Origin: Octopus sinensis
Taxonomy: Eukaryota
DNA length: 64,000 nucleotides
Assembly (NCBI RefSeq): GCF_006345805.1
Contig: NC_043015.1
Span: 37,138,001 to 37,202,000 of the forward strand
Direction of reading: 5' to 3'
A model generated the notes under the pieces. That model searched no databases. It was not told the DNA's origin and saw only the letters and a list, made by a program, of their open reading frames with translations. Made by a program: the position numbers and the translations under genes. The number at the start of each line of letters is the position of its first letter. Position 1 is the stretch's first letter. Below, piece by piece: positions 55,003 through 64,000 of the stretch.

Positions 55003-56958
55003 ATATGTATATTGCTACATTAAATCATATATAATTTACAATATAAACACATACTTTAACATAGACACAAAAGAATACACACACATACACACAAACAAAT
55101 ATGCCTGTATATGCTTGCATATGTGTGTAACGAAGGTATAATACAACAAAATGCGATTGGACATATAGAAAACACACAGACACAGACATCACACACACAC
55201 ACGCATACACATACATGCAAATATATATACTTATATACATATTAGTCCACACACAACAGGACTATTTTTTTAGGAAAGAAAATATCAATCGAAAAAGCAA
55301 GCAATCTCATTTTGGTCGGTACCTTACCAAAATACCATTAACAGTAAAAGTGTGTAACAAAAGACTCGCAATTTTCAGAATTGTATCTTATTACAACTGT
55401 CTTGTTTATCATGCAAGTACAACAAACACTACATGTGTACAATACCAAAATTATAGTGGCATTGGAAATATACGCAGGTAAATGTATTATAAATATAAAT
55501 AAATCATATATATATATATATATGTATGTATCAGGTGAAATCAAAACCAGAGCACAAAGCATCCGCGACATCCTTTGTGTTCTGTTTTTGATTTCATTTG
55601 ATATATATACCTTCTTAACTCTGCTACTAGCTGGCGTATACAGGTGCTTACACTTATCAAATATTCACCCTAAATTTACTATATATATATATATATCCAT
55701 ATATATGTATATATAAGTGAATACCATCTACTGACATGCGTAGGAAACAGGACTTTACAACGAGCAAATTATAAAATTACTTTTGAAAAAAATAGCTTTT
55801 GTATATTGCAGTGAATAACGGAAAGAAAATGCTTGGTTTTGTCCGAGTCGGGAAATGAAGGCTATCAACGGCAATACTTTGTGTCGCTAAGCAGTTTGTC
55901 TGGCGTACTAACGGTTCAGTCAGCTCGCCGCCATAATAATAACAGTAACGACAAAAGTGACGACGACGATGATAATGACAATAATGATGATACAATTTTT
56001 AATGAAATATTACGTGGCCAATTGCATCGCCTCAATACTTGTTTTATACTTTATATTATCAATCGCAAAGGGATGAAAGAAAAATTACGCTCCGTATAAT
56101 TAATAATTACGCTCTGAGTTTATATCTGTCGGTGGGGTTTCAACGAAGACCTTATGGACCCGGAACAAATAACTCGATGCATTTTTCCCGACGCTTTAAC
56201 GATGTGTTACATGAGTCTGTAGTTCACACTCAATTGCAATGTTTTTGATTACGTCAAACAGAATTCAGGAGTTGTAGCCATGATAGGATTACTACAGCAA
56301 TACCCAAGAGGTTTTGCAATAAATTTGGTTTTGCATGCACGGAAAAATGTAATTATTTTTGTTCGAAATAAGCGTTAGATTTCAACAATTCTAAGTAAAA
56401 TTATTCTACATGCTAAATCCTCCAGTCATCGACAGTAAGATGGTGTGTGTTGCAATCGATGTAGCATGGCCTTTTCAGGACAAAATATAAAGAGGCATAA
56501 GAAGAAGAGAAAACAGAGTATATCCTTGTCTTGAATGTAATGAATCCTCAATTGCTGAAGCTCAGAAGTTATCAAGGATATGATTATTATGTGGGTTGGG
56601 AAATAAAAACGACAAGAGATGGAAACAAATCTGGTTGAATGCATTTTGGGCAGAACGAATAAAAATATTTGAAATTAATAAATATATCCAAGGTGTGCGA
56701 GGAAGATCTAAAAACGCGTTTCTGTTTTGTCACGTACAATTTTTTCTTTAGTTAAAGTTGATATACAAAACTGTAAGAGAAATAATTTTAGAATACGATA
56801 TTTGTACATCTTTACAGTCACTTGAGAAATATTGTCCCTTCTGTGGTTATGAAGGCCATTTGGTAACTATGTTTTTTACGACTGAGTCCCACAACTTGGC
56901 ACCTTGAGCAAGCGTCGTCTACTATGTCACAATGAGTTCAATGAGCTGGAATTAATAT

Positions 56959-56999
<41 letters not shown>

Positions 57000-57019
57000 T
57001 ATATATATGTATATATATA

Positions 57020-57067
<48 letters not shown>

Positions 57068-57549
57068 AGTGAGCGGACAAGCGAAAGGTGGGCACGCAAC
57101 TGGGAATTAAATGTATAAATCAAAAGATTTCTACTGAATTTCCTTGACGTTCCGACTTTCAAGGCGTGAAGATAATCCTCAGTCATTGGAATTCAGAATG
57201 AGAGACAAGTTTGAGAATAATAGAAATTGACTTTCTCCAACTGACCATTCATTCAAATTTCCAATGGGTGAGGATTAGCACCACGCTTTCAAACTCAGAG
57301 CACCAAGGAATCTAAACCAAGCTCCGTTGATCCGTGTTGGGGACAACGAGATCGAAACATCTCAAGTGTAAATGTCCGAAATTGCCGTGACCTCTGGTAT
57401 GTGACTGAAGAAAGAAAGCCATGAATGGCCCGTCATTTTTGCCTTTCCTTTAATTGTTGTTTCTCTTGTCCACCTGTGTATCGTCTATCTGTCCGAACGT
57501 TTCAATACCCTCTATTGCGTTTTTGTTCCATTTATATGTATATATAGGG

Positions 57550-57650
57550 GAAGAAAACGTTTCGAGCCTACGCTCTTCCACAGAAAAGAAAACAGAAAGA
57601 AACAAGGAGAGAAAATAAAGAATGTGTAGTGGATAGCGATCTATCATGGT
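57550..57650 (-). mobile_element. Family B repeat with hammerhead-like core
   Basis: Minus strand: ..ccactacacattcttt..ttctgtggaagagcgtaggctcgaaacgtt. Confidence 0.7.
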
Positions 57651-58592
57651 GTGTATGAATATATGCGTATGTGTATGTTTATGTAGGGATCTGTGCATGC
57701 GTGCGTGTTTCTTTGTGTCTGTCTCAACCACTGCTTGAAAATCATAATTCACCACTTTTGAAGTTAAAAAAACACAATAAATCACAGACGTATAAGAAGG
57801 TACTGATGTCAATTTGCTTGGCTAAAACTTCCAAGATATTGTCCCTGCAGGGCTGAGGTCAGTCATTCAAAGAAGCACAAGCGTGAACGTATAAATGAAT
57901 GGATCTGAATAGCAAAACTTTTTAAGCTGATCGTAATTTTCATCCCTTTTCAGCAAGACAGTATGGGAGACCATTTTCAAAATTTCAAAGATCATTCAAC
58001 TTCTTCTAATCTATCCAAGTTAAAACGTTTTACATAATCACTTAATCACTTACGCAGATACATATGGGAATATTTAATGCTTCCATCTTCATGTAAATAT
58101 CAAAATCCAAACGAATGAAAAAGAAAACCACACTCAAATATACTAAAATTATAAACATACACATACATACACACACACATATTGTTTTTTGCCCTTTTAA
58201 AGTAAAGTACTGCGTAAAAGCATAGGCAAAGACCGATCGATTGAATGTAGAACACCGTATATATAACATCTTGCAGTGTAAACGTTGAATAGTAACTTCG
58301 AAATATAGGCTTTATGTCATCACATGCATTATGTGCGTGTGTGTGCGTGTGTATACATACTATGTTGTATGACGGACTAACGTGTTTTGAACTCAATATA
58401 TGTACGGGATGTGTTATATTTTATTGGAAATTAATTTCAGAGTCGTCTCTATATTTGGGGTTTATGGGCGTAAGAGCGTAGGCTCGAAACATTAAACAAA
58501 TTTTCCATTTTTTCTCAGCGTCAAAGTAATACATCTAATACACCTTTATTGTTGCTCCCTCATTGGTCTCTCTCTTGACTTTTGCATGTATG

Positions 58593-58628
<36 letters not shown>

Positions 58629-58647
58629 TATATACATATATACACAG

Positions 58648-58697
<50 letters not shown>

Positions 58698-58742
58698 GAT
58701 ATATATATATATAGATATATATATATACATATATATACAAAC

Positions 58743-58811
<69 letters not shown>

Positions 58812-60624
58812 GAGAGAGAGAGAGAGGAAATATGAAAGCGTATAGCGTCTTCTACAATGGGAAAAATGAAAGAAACATAATCAGGCGTAAGCATAGGCTG
58901 ATGCGTGAAATTGAAGGATTGGGCGACAGAAATCCCCTACCCACACATCAAACTCTTCTTGTGATACCAGCTACACAGCTGCTATGGGATTCTATTATGT
59001 ATATAATTATATGTATAATATTTTATGGAATAGCATGATAAGGAAAACAATTGTTGTGATTGTGAATAAAGGCTTTTTTTATTTATAATATCTTAATAGA
59101 ATATAATTATTATTTTTTCATATTGTAAGTTGCTCCTTGCCTTCATATTTTGTTAAGACAATACTTGAAGCAACCTACCACAATTTATCTTTCTATCTAT
59201 CGATTCGACCCATCTATCATTCTATATATCTATCTATTTATCTATATATATATTTATATATCTATCGAACGATCGACCAATCCATCTCTCAATTCATCTA
59301 TTATTCATGTGTTTATCTATAAACCTATTTATCTGTTTGTCTCACTGCCTGTCTGACTAACTCTTTGTATATCTCTCCCTCTATGTATGCATAATGGGAA
59401 AGGCTTTGATGTTTCGAGCCTACGCTCTTACGCTCATGAAACCCACTTCTAATAAAACATCTATAGGAAATCCACTATATTTATTTAGCACTTTTCCAAT
59501 TCGTCTGTCATAAAATAAGATATGTATTTACACATATATGTACGCAAATATATCCCTGGTGACAGAAAGCCGATATTTCGAAGTTACTGTCCACATATGT
59601 ATATATATATATATAAAACTATGTATATATGTGTGTGCATTTATGCATGTATATATGAATATATCTATGCATGTACACACATCTTTATATAGAATATAAA
59701 CACACATTTATACATATAATGTATAACGTTCATACATATATTTATTAGTATAATTTAATTCCCTGATTTTCAATCTCGACCGATTCTCTCCCTCTGTCTT
59801 TCACTCCCTCTCTCTCTCTCTCTCTTTCCCTCTCTCATTCTGCTGATATGCACTGAAATGTTGAATGAACAGAAAGAAAACTAATACAGTCACATGTAAC
59901 CAAACAGATCGGAGACACGAAATGCATGACAAGACTGTGCCTCGGAGTGTCTGTGTGTGTGTGTGTGTGTGTTAGTGTTCATGTTTGTCAGTGTGTTTAT
60001 ATGTATGTTGTGTCTTTGCATCACATTCCTTGAAGCCTATAACCTTTGTGTATCGATATATGCCACCATATTGCATATTACAAAGATGCTTCTTATTTTT
60101 CATGCAAACCTTTTCAACATTTGGTGGCCTAAAAAACTCTAATTGCAAGCGTATATAATATAAACTAATATAGGACAGAAGAAATTTAATAAGTTTTTTC
60201 ATTACAAAAATACAGAAAAAAAATGTAATAATCTTGTACACGTCATTACATTTGATTCTTCGATCAAAGTAGAATGATATATTATAAATAGAAGAAATCT
60301 TGATTAAATAAATACATCGATATAAGTATTGGGTTACTATGTGATACGTGTATGTATGTCTGCGTGCTAGCCCCAAAGTGTGCGTGCGTTTGTGTCTGTG
60401 TGTCTCCCCATGAGCGAGTATGTTTGTGTGGGTCTTTGTTGGTTATTTTTTCGATCTAAATTTGTTGGTAGATATACGGATCGAGACAGACACACGGATA
60501 TCTATCCCTACTTCTAAGAATATATATACATACATCTACATATTTGTATGTTTCTCTGTGTGTATATATATAGGCTCGGCCAAAAGTCAAGCATCAAAAC
60601 ATCTGACATTTTATTTATATTACG

Positions 60625-60925
<301 letters not shown>

Positions 60926-61559
60926 TATCATTTTGTTCATCATGTAGAAGTACGTGTGGATTCATGATTATTTTATTTGTTTTATTCAATTTTACAAAAA
61001 ACTGAGGCATGTCAATCTCGGAGCGTATTGAATTATTTTGCGCATGACTTTATTATATGATTTTATTTTATATTGTATCATATAATATATTATATTATAT
61101 TACATTATATTAGAGGAAAAATCAAATCAAAGACAGAATGGGTATCTCAAATCATTTCAAATAATTTAATTGAGGCTAAGGTGAATTTGAAGCGTTGCAG
61201 CCGTTTCTGGGATAACGCAAGTGGTAGGTTAGCATGTCCGTGCACTGTGTATTGCGGCATCAGAGCCAATTTTTAATATTTTAGACGGGGAAAAATTCAG
61301 TTTACAAGGAATAAAATAGAATAAAATCGAAGAATAAAGAGTAAAGTTAGTTAGAAGAGTATCGGCCAGAGAATAATCTTTATAACTCATCTTTTTCCAG
61401 AGGATATGCATGTTGGTCGGTACTTCTGTGAAGGTACAGGTTTTTATTTAACATCCCAGGTAAATCTAGGCAGCATTTTTGCATTATTCTGAATGATGTA
61501 TTTATATTGTAAATGTGTATATATTGTGTATACATTGTAAATGTGTGACTCGTTGGATG

Positions 61560-61912
61560 GAACCTACACTCACCTCCTTATGAGAGTTCAAAATCTCTCG
61601 TAGAGGCGCCATCCAACCAAAATGCAAATATATGGGAAACTACCACCTGTGTCATCTCTTGTGAAAGGTAGGAGAGCCCAGTTTGCTGGACATTGTTGTA
61701 GAGCTGAAAAAGAGGTAATTTCTACACTCCTCCTCTGGAAGCCATCTACTCGCAATGCCAGAGTGTGCACACTCTCCTACCCTGATGTAATCTCCAGGGA
61801 TACAGGCATCCAGCAACAGGACCTCCGTAATGCCATGATGGACCGTGAAGTCTGGCATAGCATGGTAAATTCCATTGTCTCGACCACGGTCGAACAATGA
61901 TGATGATGATGT
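61560..61912 (+). mobile_element. RTE-type LINE 3' end with (TGA)n tail
   Basis: QIYGKLPPVSSLVKGRRAQFAGHCCRAEKE..LLLWKP..LSYPDVISRDTG..LRNAMMDREVW..V*, followed by tgatgatgatg. Confidence 0.85.
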
Positions 61913-63506
61913 GAATGTGTATATATTGTAAATGTGTATAATTTAAGAAATCTTGAATTTCATATCCTTGAGCGAATTATTCGCACAATCGGTTTTATGC
62001 ATCCAGTTATATACACGCCGGCATGGCGGTAACATTTCCTATCTCACCATTACCAACTGTGTTTCTTACAAAGAACTGTGGTATAAATAGTAAAGGGTTT
62101 CTATCACTTTCCACGATCTGTATTAGGATAGTTCGATCAACAATTCTCGTTGCATTATTGAGTGACTGGATGAATATTCGATAGACTCCTGTGCCGTTGA
62201 TGTTATTCAGAGGTGGAATTCTCGCGACTGTGTTTTGCAAGATTTGAACCTCTGATTTATACAGATATAGCGCAGGCAAAGGCCTTTCAAATTGAATATG
62301 TTTACACACTTTCACACAAAAAGACTTGGGTCGACCGGAAAATACGGAGAGAGACGTCTGGCACACAATTTCAAGAATGACATGTAACATGTAACGTTAT
62401 TATTGCGAAGGAAATATTAATATCTTCATCGTTCGGTTATCTTTGATTTCCACTACATAATAGGCAAACTTTGCATTATATTCTTTCGGGGATGATATAA
62501 AAAGTACGAATAGAGGGAGTTGCGTAAAATTGGGCAACTTGTAGTATTCGTTGCAATACTTGAGGTATAGATTTCAAATCTCGAATTGGCCGACTAGAGT
62601 GACTGTTTTAACAGATCACCCTGTTTCAACCCACCAACTGGCAAATTGGGTAACTTCAAAGGAGCGCTGTTTGTTGAAAACGACCGAGTCAGGTATTCGG
62701 TTTGAGAATAGCTGCCTCTATCCTTTGCATTAGTTTTGGAGGCTTATTAAACTACTTTGGCGCGGTGCCATACTTCCAGATTAAGAGTTAAAATAATCAC
62801 ATGTGTAAACAAGTACATAGTGACAAAACGAATGCCGAAGTCTGGGTCAGTGGATATTAGTAACGGCGTCTTATAAGTCCTTAATTAATGTGTCGTATGG
62901 ACTGTTCTATTATTCTTCAGTCTGCGGCCTTGCTGGAGCACCAAATTACAGTATATTAATTGCTCATATTGACACAAGTACATATTTATTTTTCGCACTT
63001 ACGTTATGGTACTTGTGTTTCGCAAATTGCTTAGTAAGGCGTTTGTGATATAGCAATGTTTTGTACAGAAAGAGAGGCATTATATGAACAATAATAGTAA
63101 AAACAACGAGAAATAATTGCATTGATAATCACAATTAATAGGTTAGCAAGAATACAGCATTAAATGGACGTATAAATGTTTTCATATGAGAAAAAGAAGA
63201 CTATAAAACCACGAAGGAAAAACAATTACAGCCGCCATTTTGAATAGCACTTTATGATGATGATAAGCATGATGATGTTAAGTTGAAAGGCGAAGAGGAA
63301 GATGGTGGTGGTAGTAATGGCAGCGATGGTTATGATGATGAAGTATTGAGCGTTTCATTTCCGCAATGGGAATTATTAAAAAGATACATCACTTCAAGAG
63401 AACAATTGCCGACAATTGTCAGGAAATATTATAGTCGAGATGAAACCGTCAGCATACACATCACATAAACACACACAAGCACACAGGGATACACACAGAC
63501 AAGCAA

Positions 63507-63568
<62 letters not shown>

Positions 63569-63763
63569 GTATGTATGTACGTATGTATGTATGTATATAT
63601 ATATATATATTATATATATATATACATATCTAACTAATCACACACACTCTCTCTCTCTCTCTCGATATATATATATATATGAATATATCGATGCATAGAT
63701 ATATAATTGAACACAGTATGTTACACAGTTACAAAAATATTTCTCTATTGCGTGCAGCAAATG

Positions 63764-63819
<56 letters not shown>

Positions 63820-63869
63820 ATATCTATCTATCTATCATCTATCTATCTATCTATCTATATATATATATA

Positions 63870-63930
<61 letters not shown>

Positions 63931-64000
63931 ATCTATATAGATAGATAGATAGATAAATAAATAGATATAGATATATATTCATATACATATACACACAGAG

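Noticed and set aside
57230-57420. Possible L2/CR1 RT C-terminal remnant (PLIRVGDNEIETSQV)
   Set aside because: A single short motif-like stretch; insufficient to call.

Overview
Repeat-dominated, very AT-rich eukaryotic non-coding DNA, most likely intronic or intergenic octopus (cephalopod) sequence. The taxon is inferred from the tRNA-derived SINE families and the extreme (TA)n/(TAA)n/(TAGA)n microsatellite load. No host gene can be supported with confidence, and most ORFs in the supplied track are microsatellite or antisense artefacts. Recognisable content is transposon debris: Dong/R4, RTE and CR1-type LINE fragments, mariner/Tc1 pseudogenes, non-autonomous Helitrons, palindromic MITEs and several SINEs. 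The main feature is a ~7 kb Penelope-like element (PLE, about 40165-47210, minus strand). It has a frameshifted RT plus C-terminal GIY-YIG ORF (44506-46030), a ~4.3 kb strand-skewed 3' extension with a 1-kb tandem repeat, and an inverted 5' copy of its own 3' end. Each end carries a minimal type I hammerhead ribozyme. A third, fully canonical hammerhead of the same family lies in a ~270-bp mini-element at 11.6 kb. A second short repeat family (four copies) carries a degenerate hammerhead-like core. Parts of 40.8-44.2 kb look like low-quality or fold-back long-read consensus and need read-level checking. All alignments and folds were done by eye, so element boundaries are approximate.
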